Shown: in pieces, positions 35,955 to 48,000 of the stretch
Layout: each line of letters opens with the position of its first letter
How positions within the stretch are numbered: the first letter of the stretch is position 1
Source of the DNA: Azolla caroliniana
Lineage: Eukaryota > Plantae > Polypodiophyta
Reading direction: 5' to 3'
Assembly (NCBI GenBank): GCA_043228905.1
Contig: JBHGNT010000013.1
Span: forward strand, 186,001 to 250,000
Length of the DNA stretch: 64,000 nucleotides
The notes under the pieces: generated by a model
Told to the model about the DNA's origin: nothing
Databases searched by the model: none
What the model saw: only the letters and a program-made list of their open reading frames with translations
Made by a program: the position numbers and the translations under genes

Positions 35955-37875
35955 TGTAATACATATCGAAAACCCAACCATTAAGATAGCCTATTGTTAT
36001 ATGAGATGATAAAACCTACTTTTCGTAATATATTGATTATTGTAAAAACTCTAGAACATTCTAGAATGTTCTAGAATATCCTATAAAATCTTAGAATATT
36101 CTAGGTCTAGAACATTCTAGAACATTATAGAAATCTCTAAACTAATTTATAGCAACCTATAAATAGAGACATATAGGTCTTCTCAAATGAATTCGAATCA
36201 ACACTAGTCTTAAGCTCTCATCGCCAATCTTGTATCTAGTTCCTTTTGTTCTCATTCTATCTTAATACACTCATTCTTCTCTTATCATTTTGTTCCTTTG
36301 TTCTTGTGTCTCTTATATCCTTCTTCCATCACTCTATCTTTTACTCTTGGTTATGATAGTTTGATTCGAATTTCTTTGTCCTTTATCCTCTTCTATAAAT
36401 ATTAGGAAACCATGGCTACTAGCAACTCACAAGAATATCTCGCCCTTGTTGTGGAAATGAAGTTCCCATCACCTGAATTAGAGAATCAACGTCTACTTCG
36501 AGATCTACAAATGGTTACTATGAATTTACGCAATGGGTTCAACAATCAGAGTCGACAATTGTAGTTTTACAACAACAAAGAGTAGAAGGCCACGGAATTA
36601 TTAAGGAGCCCAAAATCAACCTCCTTGCTAAACTAGATGGTTCAAGGGTGCATTTCCGGGGTTTCTTAAATCAAGTATGGATGGTAATTCAAATGCATCC
36701 CCCACATTATTTGATGGATGCAACACAAGTCGGGTTAGTGGGCACCTTATTGACTAGCATAACATTGTTGTGGTTTGCCCCATTACTAGAGACAAATTCT
36801 CCTCTACTATGGAGAATTTATTAAAGAATTTTTAAGTCTTGCTTCGGAGATATAGATGGTGCAAGAACAACAATCAACAAGATTCGTACACTACGTCAAG
36901 GCGATCAGTCAACATCGACATATTTGGCCAATTTTCATCTCATCGCAAGTGATATTCCTTGGGATGAACAAGCCCTGATGGAGAAATTTTGTTCTGGCCT
37001 TTGTAGCGATGTGAAAAACTTCTTACCTTCCCCGAGGATCTGAAATCACTTATAGAAGTTATTAGTTGAGTAGTATGGTGTGATAATCACCTTTTTAAGA
37101 GTCGATGTGAGTGACAACAACAAATAACAAGATCAAGATTCACACTGAATTATGCATCAGTAATGATGCAATCATCTCCAAGGCAAACATATAGCCCCGT
37201 TCCAACTCCAAGACAAACACATAGTCCAGTCCCAATGGATAATCCTATACCCAAGGAGATTGATATGACCTAGCAACGGGGATTGTTGTCAGACAAATAG
37301 AAGCAATGATACCGAGAAAACCATCTGATCTTATATTGCGGAGGTCTAGGACATATAGCCATTCATTGTTTACGCATGCCAAGACGTCAAGTAAATCAAA
37401 TTCACTATGACAATAAAAATGAGTCCAACATTTTAGAAACAACTAGTGATTCTAATATTATGAGTAATCCAACTTGGTCCAATAAGTTATAAGTCCTAAG
37501 ACAATTAGAAGAGGAGACAAATGAATAAGTCCAACCAAAATAGGAGCCATTTGGCTGGACAACCCTAGATCTGTACAACGTAGTCAGGGTTCCATCTCCT
37601 CCTAGCATGTTAGTTAAGTCTTCTCAGCCCAAGTACAAGTTAGAACACCAAGTTGTCAACTTCAGGTCCAAGCTCTCTTAGATATTGGAGCTAATTCTTG
37701 TTTCATTGATAGAGATTTTGCCCAAAAACACCAAATACCCTTACATAAATTTCCTTGCCCAATTTCCATAGTCGTAATTGATGGATATCCAATAGCTTTC
37801 GGAAAGATATTCGAAGAATTTGAGCCAATACACACTCTTAGGTGATTTAGGATGTATAGTTTCCTTTAACATAAT
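35955..37875 (+). mobile_element. Ty3/gypsy chromovirus-type element N: LTR, gag and protease, 3'-truncated
   Basis: LTR-like 35955-36358 with TATA box at 36158; gag remnants EPKINL, RGFLNQV, WFAPLLE, LRQG; protease LLDIGANSCFID; homologous to element O. Confidence 0.85.
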
Positions 37876-38769
37876 TGTAAAGATTCACGTGTGTGGAAGC
37901 TTGTGAGTTAACAAATATAGTCGGCTAGCTAGATAACAGAAGATACTTAAGAATACATAGAGAGGGAGGGAGAGATTGACTAGAGTAGACAACAAAATTA
38001 CTATTCAAAATAATAGTTCTCAGTACATACAAATGTGCTCACAAAGCACTTTATATACAAGCCGTTGTCGAGGTATTCCTCGCAGATGCGTGGAGTGAGG
38101 CGGGACCTCGGGGGTCCTGTACCGAAGAGTAAGAGAGAGAGAGAGAGAGAGACCCACTACGTGCGAGCGTAGTTTCATAGGGACACGGCCCTTCGACGCA
38201 AAGACGTGAATGGGACAGCGACACAGAAAGACACGAAAGTATGTATGTATTGACAAGACAAACCACAAGAACACGAAGACAACAAACACGAAGTCGGTTA
38301 CAACCGAACAGGCCGGCGAACAGATGCCGATACCTGTTCGTAAACGCACAGAGGGGAAAGAGTAGGTTGGAGGTGCTGCCAGAAGCGCTCGGGCATTCCT
38401 TAGAGCAGCGCGAGCCTCCCGAAACCTGCACAGAAGGAAGCTATGGCGTTTGCAACCGGAAAGAGAGAGAGAGAGAGAAGCCTTCGCACGCAAACTGACA
38501 GCACTTCGTCCTCGACTCTCCGCGATCCCCCCTACTCTCCTCGTCTCCTTCCTTTTATAGGCAAGGAAGGAGCCGTTTCCCCTTTACTCCTTACCTACTG
38601 AATCTACCTAGGATCTCCTATGTACAACTTCAGGCGCACGTGCATGAAGAGTCGGTTTCTACGCTCCGGTACACTGATTCCGCTTGTGGACGGTTTTCTT
38701 CACGACACCGTGACAGTGGGCTCACACAAGTACTATCAATACTTTAATGCGCATACATGGTCTCTAACA
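37876..38769 (-). mobile_element. Probable LTR (solo or remnant) of a further family
   Basis: Starts tgtaaag at the break in the N protease; candidate end ctctaaca with flanks ataat/atatt; reverse TATA near 38552; (GA)n tracts; right boundary uncertain. Confidence 0.5.
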
Positions 38770-38812
38770 ATATTTGAACATAATATTCACAATACTATGT
38801 TCAACCCTAACA

Positions 38813-40020
38813 ACCTTGCCGGCCTGTCGGTTGATCCAACTGTCGGCTTCTTTAGCCAACTCTCCTATGTTGACTCGGCTATCGGCTTCTTCAGCCAATC
38901 CGGCTCATGTTGAGCTTGTCTCTCACACCCCCTCAAGCTCAACTTGAGGTTCCTTGTTAACTCCAACCGGTCCATCACTACAGCTTCTCCTAACTTCACG
39001 CCTCCTTGCCTACGCTCCATAACCCGGTTCGGTCCTGCACTCCTCGACCTGTCCAATCGGCTTGTCTGGTCCTTAGGCCATCATTGGCCTTCTTCTCACC
39101 TCTACGACTTCAACACTCTTCAATCCGTCGGCTCTTCCACCTTGGCATTGTCTTTGGTTGTTGTTTTGTTTGTATGGCCTTCATATGATTCAACTTGTCC
39201 AAATCACTTTTTTTGTCCAAATTGGTTGGCTTCGATTCGTCTCCACCACTAACCGAATTGATTGTCTCCAATTTGTCTTCAAATCAACCCGTGGTGAAGT
39301 CCAAGAGGTTCAGTGAAGTTGTTGGCCACCTATCGATCCGTCGGAACATACACCAAGTCCACTTCACCAAAGAGAACATGCTCGCACACAAAGTGGTAAT
39401 GCATTTCGATGTGCTTCGTGTAAGTGTGGAAGAAGAGGTGCTTTGCTCAATGGATACTACTGAGGTTGTCATAGTAGATCACCATCAGATTCGACACCTC
39501 CACCCGCAGATCCTTCAATGGCCTTTTTAGCCAAATGGCTTTGCATGTAGCAACAACTGCTCCTCTATACTCAGCATCAATGCTCGACAGTGCCACTATT
39601 GGTTGCTTTTCGCTACACTAGGCAATTGCATATCCCGATGTTGATCGACGATCACTGGCACTTTCAGCCCAATCGACATATGTGTAGCCAACTAGTTATT
39701 TCGCTATGCCTACCCAATATAGCATCCAATGATCCTTTCTGCTGCTTACAAAGCGCATTGAAGGTGGTCGGATGTCGGCTGCGACATGAATTGGTTGATC
39801 AAGCCGACCAAATAGTTGAGGTTTGGCCAGGTGATTGTTAGATAGATGAGGCTTCCGACAATTTTTCAAAACCGTGTTGCATCGCTCATCGTTCCTGAAC
39901 AATGGCAAAGCTTGAAATTTCTATCAAGAGGAGTCAAGATGGATTTATAGTCTGTCATGCTGAACTTGAAGAGCATATTCAACACATAATGACTTTGGCA
40001 GATCAATATGCCTCCGGGAT
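38813..40020 (-). pseudogene. Copia element Q: 3' UTR, RNase H and RT C-terminus (continues at ~43885-44830)
   Basis: TKHIEMHYHFVCEHVL, YVLNMLFKFSMTDYKSILTPLDRN; PPT-like caccccctcaagc near 38925. Confidence 0.85.
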
Positions 40021-40350
40021 TGTTAGAGTGATGATCTAATGTAAGCATATGATAAGGATAACAAGGATAGATTAATAAGAAAGGAGAGAGAGAAAGAAGG
40101 GTGCCGATCCACCCGAACACCCCCGAGCGAAGGGATCGAGATGGATTCAAGCCTCGATCGGCGTCCCATACCACCGTTGTGGCGTTGAGTCGTACTTGGT
40201 ATTGGCATGCTCGCGACAAGAGTTGACCCACCACAATGTTTGAGTCTCGACGTAGTCGATAATGTGTCAAATGAGGGTAGCTAGGCCTCATATTTATAGC
40301 CAGACCTAAGGCCCCCGGGCAAGTTCACACTCGGCCTAATGGGTTGTCTC

Positions 40351-42604
40351 TGTCAGGAATAGTACTCAGACAGAGAGGGAATTGGTACTAGAGATGAGGA
40401 TAAGTACTAAGAGGAAAAGAGGGTGTAGATTTCTCAAGAGAAGGAGTGAGTGAGATAGATAGATAGATTATATTATCGTCTTCGGAGGTCAAATATGACC
40501 TATGAGACCAAAAATATTACATTTCACATGATATGTGTGAAAGTGAGTAGCGACTCTCAATGTTCAAGAACTTTACCAATGAATGTTGCAATCGAGAGTG
40601 CGCATCATGGTTGTGAGAGACATTCGTGCAACGATTGGGCTTGGTCAAAGAGATGTGGAAAGCATAGTCGAATATGATCAAAGGCAGAGAATTGTATCAA
40701 AGTGTGATACTTAGACTCTCGAACTTGTTTAGGGCAAAGTGTGCATAGCCGGCCACTCTCATCACTTGTGCCCCAACGCCCCGTCTCACAACACAATGCA
40801 TGCAAGCTAAGTCGCATGGAAGCAATGGTTCGAATGGTAGATATCGGGATGGGCTCTAACATGTCTCGATCTGTACGGCTTCCCCGTTCTGCGAAGAATA
40901 TGGTTTTGTAGTTAGGTGCAACATGTGTAGTATAATGTGTGAAACGTGAGCCTCCACATTTTTCCCACGTCACGATACATTGGCATTGCAAAAAGGTCTC
41001 ATTTATAGAGGAATCTAGTGATGTAAGATGAATCAAGTGTCTTGCATCCCATCTACCAAACCATTTTTCTAAATCTTGCATCCAACCGGAACACAAAATT
41101 TTGAGAGAGAGCGAATGATGATAACAAATGATATACAATAATATACAACATTAGCTAAAATTCTTAAGATTGGCGCTAAACCGAATCGGTTCGAAATAAT
41201 GCCTTATGCCTCTATTTATAGTTTTGTCAAGATTACTCTTGAAGTTTCTAGAATGTTCCAAAGTAATCTAGAATATACATGAATTTCCTATAGAAATAAT
41301 AAATGAAACTAATGTTTTTCGTATTACACTTCATGGTTTAATGGCAAGGGTTCAACCCATGTAACACAAGGTCATGGGCTCGAATCCCTTCGAATTCATA
41401 CCATGCCATATCATGACACTACCCCCCCTTTAAGACGACGAGTGTTACGGGCCGTCTTAGATGGAGGACCCAGTTTGTTAGGATATTGTCGATGGAAGTC
41501 TTGAATAAGACTTGAGCATTTGTGACATTCTTGACTAGTTCCCAAGTATGCTCACTTGGACTATAGCCTAACCAATCGACCAAATAGTAGAGCTTGTTGC
41601 AAACAATCTTGGAATTGAGGAAGATAGCAACTTCGTACTCCGGTCCTGCTTCAAGCTCGATGGAGGGTGGAGGCAGTGTAATACGATTCAGAATAGTGTT
41701 CTCTTGATAGGGTTTGAGAAGAGAACTATGAAAAACTGGATGTAACCATAGTTGTGGAGGTAGATCAAGACGAAAAGTGACATCATTAAATTTTCCGATA
41801 AAACCGAAAGGACCTAATCGTTGATAATCCAATTAATCGCATGCTCGAGTAGTCTTGATTTGTCGTTGTAATAGCCATACCCGATTGCCAATGTCAAAAC
41901 AAGATGGAAGCCTATGACGATCCGCATAAGCCTTCTGTGTTTGTTGAGCTTGATGTAAATGGGTAGATAGGTAGCCACTCCAAATGATCCTTTGCACGAG
42001 GATTTGTGGGTAACTCTGGAGTTTCGAACACACACCATCGAGGATGTAACCCAAGTCAATGACTGGATAGAGTTATTATAAGAAAATTCGGCAAAGTGGA
42101 GAATATCCGCCCAATCATCTTGTTGATAGCTTAGAAAACACCAAAGATATGTTCCAGCGTTTGATTTGTTCATTTTGCTTGTCCGTCTGTTTCAGGTATT
42201 CTTGTATATTCTCTTCATATAATATAATATATCATTTGTTATCATCATTCTCTCTCTCTCTCTCTCCTTCTCTCGAGAAATCTATACCCTCTTTTCCTCT
42301 TAGTACTAATCCTCATCGCTAGTACTAATTCCCTCTTTGTCTTAGTACTATTCCTGACAGTTTGAACCGAATGGGTTCAAAAAAATGCCTTATGCCTCTA
42401 TTCATAGTGTTGTCAAGATTGCTCTCGAAGTTTCTAGAATGTTCCAGAGTAATCTAGAATATACATGAATTTCCTATAGAAATAATAAATCAAACCAATA
42501 TTTTTTGTATTAGACTTCATGGTTTAATGGCAAGGGTTCAACCCATGTAACACAAGGTCATGGGTTCCAATCCCTTCGCAGCCATGCCATGCCATATCAT
42601 GACA
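40351..42604 (-). mobile_element. Ty3/gypsy chromovirus element M (family L), internally deleted, with rearranged 5' LTR
   Basis: TSD GTCTC at 40346-40350 and 42605-42609; 3' LTR 40351-41418; PPT (rc) ctaccccccctt; chromodomain PEYEVAIFLNSKIV..YYLVDWLGYSPSEHTWE; inverted R-U5 piece ~42195-42359. Confidence 0.92.
40453..41103 (-). mobile_element. Short 3' fragment of the same RTE/RTEX-like LINE family
   Basis: (TATC)n tail and 3' end homologous to 26388-26923 plus 27365-27495; encodes ETGRW..RLCTLCPKQVRESKYH. Confidence 0.93.
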
Positions 42605-43884
42605 GTCTCAATCCTAAGGATTAAAAGTAATCCTCCCCTTCTTTACACTCTTGTTTAACCCTCATACTTTATCCACGTGTATAGAATATTACGATAAATT
42701 CTCACCACGGGATATTATATAGCCATGCCCATAACGTACTCCTCATCTTTAAAACATTGCACTCTTGTAATAGAAAGTTAGGGAAGTTAGAGTATTTTCG
42801 CGTTCCCATGTGGCATCTTTTATAGACTTATCCATCCATTTAATTTTAAATTCTTGGATTATTTTAGAACACAAATTTTTTTGTTTTAACATCAAGAATT
42901 CTTTCGGGTACATGTGGTTTAGAAGATAATTCTTTAGAAGTAACCAGAGTTTTAGTTGTCACTGTATTGTCGCCAGAACCTAGAAGTTCTTTTAGACGAC
43001 TTACATGAAAAACTAGATGGATTTCAACGCCATCAGGAAGAGCGAGATGTTAGGTTGATGAACCAATGCGTTTGAGGACTGTAAAAGGTCCACAAAACCA
43101 TGGGGCTAACTTAGCACAGTTACCCGTAGACAATGTCTTAGAATTGTGAGGTACACGTAAAAATACCTTCTGTCTAGGGTTGAATACATGAGGTTGCCTA
43201 TTATGATCGGTATAAAAATGCGCTCTATCTTGAGCTATTTTTATATTATCTCGTGAAATATGCAACATATCTTGCATATCCCGAAGAAAGTTTTGCGTAC
43301 TTCACAACTCATCATGATGTATATTAACATCAATTGGGGCTCGTGGATGAAAACCATACATCAACATAAAAGGACTATATCCTGTCAATGTATGCTTGGA
43401 GCTGTTATAAGCAAACTCCAAAATTGGGAGATAACGTTCCCAGTTTGTTGGTTTTGTACCAACATATGCACGAAGCATGTCCTCAATAATTTGATTTACT
43501 CATTTTGTCTGTCCATCAGATTGAGGATGATCCATGAAGATTATGCTCAATGTAGTTTCTAACTTCTTAAAGACTTCAGTTCAGAAGTTGCTAGTAAACT
43601 TTGGATCTCGATCACTCACGATATCCATCGGTAACCCATAAAAACGAAATAACTCGTCAACGAATTGGTAAGCCAATTCAGGAGCTATTACCGTGGTTTT
43701 AGTAACAATAAATCTAGCCATTTTAGTTAGTCGATCAACCATAACCCACATGGCATCATGACCTTTTTGGGTGTGAGGAAGGCTACCAATAAAATCAATG
43801 GATATACTTTCCCACTTATTATAAGGAATGTCCAAGGTATGTAAAAGTCTTGCGGCTTTAAGTCGCTTGGATTTGCCAATGTGT

Positions 43885-44830
43885 TCAACTCAAAGAGAGA
43901 TTTGGTGGGTTATACCATGTACACCTATTCCTCAAGCTTGCCTAGTAGGAACGTGTACTTTACATCCATCTGATGTAGATGTCACCCCTTTGCTGCCGTG
44001 ACGGCTGGCAACACATGAACGGTCGTCATCTTCATGACCGGTGCGAACGTCTCATCATAATCAATTCTGTGCATTTGTGCATAGCCCATGGCCAACAATC
44101 TAGCCTTGTACTTGTTGATCGAGCCATCGGCATTGTATTTTCCCTTATACACCCATCTGCATCTTACTAGCTTCACTCCCTTAGGGACATCAACCAGGTT
44201 CCATGTCTCGTTTTCGGCCAATGTGTGCATCTCTTCCTCCATGGCCACTCTCCATTTGGTGTCCCATGCCACCTCCACATAGCTCTCTAGCTCACATATC
44301 TTGGCCACTTTTGTCATGTATGCATAATGATGCGCCATGTAATCATTATATCCGTACATGATAATAGGGTTCTTCTGGCGAGATGATCAACGCAAGCTCT
44401 CGTTGGCCATCTTCAAGGCCTTCTTGGCCGATTCCGACCTCAACTCCGGAGGTCCATCTTCCCTCATGGCTTTATCGGATTCTATTTGATCCAACACGCC
44501 CTCATTGATGCCATATCCCAACAACTCCTTCTTCCCCTTGTTCTTATGTGACAACCGTCTCTTCGGCTCCGTCCACGGGGATTACATGACCGAGTCTTCA
44601 TTTTGCCCAGTAAAACTTTGGCATGCTCTTCTCCTTGACCATTGCCCTGGCCACTTCTTCAATCATTTAGTTCTTCCTCTTGGTCACGTTGTTTTGCTGT
44701 AGTGTATATTAGCAAGAGAATTCACGTTGAATTCCCTCCTTCTATAGATACCTGGAGAATTGGTCGGAAAAGTATTCTTTCCCGCCATTGGACTAGAGGC
44801 ATTTGATCTTTTGGCTTGTCTTCTATTTGG
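43885..44830 (-). pseudogene. Copia element Q, RT start and integrase remnants
   Basis: WRVAMEEEMHTLAENETWNLV..KYKARLLAMGYAQ..DYDETFAPV. Confidence 0.85.
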
Positions 44831-45003
44831 CAAGGCTCTTCACTATTTATAATAGGCTAGACCCTAGCCGCAAACACAAGGTATTCCCTTTCGGAATACT
44901 CTCCAAAGGTGTGGTTGGGAAGACGGATTCAAACACAAACAATTATAAATGATTCGGTTATGTGACCAATACACATACACAATATTCAATAATGAATTAA
45001 CAT

Positions 45004-48000
45004 AACACCGGGACATTTGAAACAGGTAATATGTCGCATTTTGAGAACTGTCCATCAAAAAATGACACAAATTAGGGTGATTCACAAAAAGGGGTGCCGC
45101 ATGCGTAAAGGAATTTTAAAAATGACCCAAAAATATATTGATTTTTAACATGTATGGAAATTTAGGTGTTCAAAAAAATGCCTAAATAATGGGCATGCCA
45201 AACTTACAAATGAATGTCCAAAATGACTAACCCCAATATTTATAGAAATTCTGAATCCAAATCTTGATGTGCAATACAATATTTATAGTTAACGTATCAG
45301 GACAATCATTTTTCAAGTTTATGTCATCATCTTCATACCCATTAGATGAACTAGTACGAGTTTATGAGGTCTCATCCTCATCATCAATGGCAACTAATGC
45401 ATTGTGTTGATCCAATTGCAATCCAACCTCATCGAGTTTATGAGTCATGCTTCTTGTTTGTCTTTGTGTTGTGTCTGAAGCCACATTCCAGATCCTCTTT
45501 TAGTATCTTCATTGTGGTCTATCACAGATAACTTGTTTTGGTCAAAGATAAGTCATACACTAATATATAAACATTATCCAATGTAAGAGTAGATGTGCTT
45601 GATGCATCTTTCCTCCTCACTTTTTGGTTATGATATTTCATTATGTACTTTCCATTTACAAGATTAGATTATGTGAGAGAAGCTTTCTACCAAAATCATT
45701 AGAATCTAAAAAATGTCTTAAAGATGTTTTCCATTTTTCTTAGATTCTCATAGTAAGCCTTTGATGTCGTACAGAAATCCGATTCATTCCATCTAGATTT
45801 GACGTAACATGTCGAATTTTACTCTATACATCTAGAATTGGATATAATGCATCAGATGCCTGTAAGTCTTGGAATTTTTTAAAAAATTTCCATTAAAAAA
45901 ATACTCTTGCATTTTAATGCATTGCATTGAATTCTAGCTACATAGACTAAAATATGATACATTGCATGGATTTCCCAAAAATACATAAATAAATACAAAT
46001 TGAAAAAATAAAACATTTTCCCATAAATAAATAAATAAACATTTTTTATTTTACTCGTAAATAAATAAATAAAAATTGAAAAATTAGATTTCAATGGAAA
46101 TCCAATTCCGTGCATCGGATTCAATTTAAAATCCAATTTCTCTTATTTTTTTGAAAATTTTCTTATTTTTTGAATTGTTTTTGAATTTGTTTTTATTTTT
46201 CCCATAAAAAAATAAATAAAAATTGAAAAAATGGATTTTCAACGGAAATCCAATGCACTGCATCGGATTTTGGTTGAAAGTCCACTTTTACGTATGTTTT
46301 TCCAAATTTGCTTTTTTTTTTTTATTTTTTTGAATTTTTCCCATAAAAAAATAAATAAAAATTGAAAAAATGGATTTTCAACGGAAATCCGATGCACTGC
46401 ATCGGATTTTGGTTGAAAGTCCACTTTTACGTATTTTTTTCCAAATTTGCTTTTTTTTTTTAATTTTTTTGAATTTTTTTGAGTTTTTTCTATAAAAAAA
46501 AAATAAATATTGAAAAAATAGATTTTCAATCCAAATTTTCATATTTTTTAGAATGTGTTTGGTATTTTGTTTTTCTATTTTCTCATAAATAACTATATAG
46601 AAATTGAAAAAATGAATTTTCAAAGGAAATCCGATGCATTGCATCGGATTTCTATTGAAAGTCCACTTTTTGCTATTTGTTACCAAATTTTCATATTTTA
46701 AAATATTTTTTTGTATTTTTTAAATTTGTTTTCATTTTTTCCCATAAATAAATAAATAAAAATTGCAAAAAATGGGTTTTCAACAGAAATTCGATGCACT
46801 ACATCGGATTTCTATTGAAAATCCATTTTGTCTTATTTGTTTCCAATTTTTCAGATATTTTGAATTTGTTTTTGTATTTGTTTTGAATTGTTTTTGTTTT
46901 TATCATAAATAAATATATAGGAATTCAAAAAAATGGATTTTCAACGGAAATCCGATGCACTGCATCGGATTTCCATTGAAAGTCCACTTTTTCTTGTTTG
47001 TTTACAAATTTTCTTATTTGTTTATATTTTTCTCTAAAAAAGTGTTAAAAATAAACTTGTGATTTTCTCCATTTAAAATGATGTGTTTTCAACGGGAATC
47101 TGATGCAGTGCATCGGATTCCCGTTGAAAACAGATCATTTTCAACAGGATTTTCAATGGAAATCCGATGCACTGCATCGGATTTCCGTTGAAAGTCCAAT
47201 ATTTTTCTTATGTTTTTTCATAAAACATTAATTTGCAATTGAAATCCGACTCAATGGTTCAGATTTTGTTGAAAATGTAATATTTTTTTATTATCTCATT
47301 GTTTTATGAAAAACCTAAAAGAAATTTGGATTTTTAATTGAAATTCGATGTAGTGCATTAGATTTCAGTTGGAAATCCACTTTTTTAATATATTTTTATT
47401 TATTTTTTGAAAAAATGAAAAACAATTGAAAAGAAAGAGGATTGCCAGCTAAAATCTGATGCAATGCATCAATGTCTAGCTGTATAGACTACGATCTGAT
47501 GTAGTGTATCGGATTTCAGTTGAAAAGCCGTTTATTATTTTTTTATATGGAAAATAAATAAATAAATAACATTGGAAAAAGAAAAAAGAAAAAAGGATTT
47601 TCGACTCTAATCCAACGCATTGCATTAGATTCTAGCTATATATACTAAAATATAATGTAGTGCATAGTATTTTAGCTGAAAATCCATTTTTTATTTTTTA
47701 ATGGAAAAAATTTTAAAAATTACAAAAAAAAAAAAAAAACTTGGATTTTCAACTGAAATCTAGTGCATCGCATTGGATTCCATTTAAAAATCCAAGATTT
47801 TTTATTTTTTTCAAATTTTATTGTTTCAAATTTTCAATGGGTTTTAGATTAGTTTTCTGACACAGGTATATAATATAAAACTTACATCAATTTAGATTAA
47901 CGTTATATTCTATTCTTCAGTTTGATGTTACCTGTGCAATTTCATTCTACTGTCATGTACTACTAAAACATACGCCTTAAAGATTATCAGGAACTCTGTT

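Larger units (their letters stand above)
40021..43880 (-). mobile_element. Ty3/gypsy chromovirus (family H): 3' LTR, chromodomain and integrase; 5' part deleted
   Basis: LTR 40021-40350 plus 42610-42736, followed by purine tract (rc); integrase KWESISIDFI..VDRLTKMARF..IVSDRDPKFTS, KLAPWFCGPF; chromodomain remnant DATWE. Confidence 0.88.

Noticed and set aside
45900-47800. CRISPR array (palindromic repeats with spacers)
   Set aside because: Repeats are ~50 bp and degenerate; spacers are low-complexity, mutually similar and very uneven in length; there are no cas genes; the context is eukaryotic and inside a TIR element.
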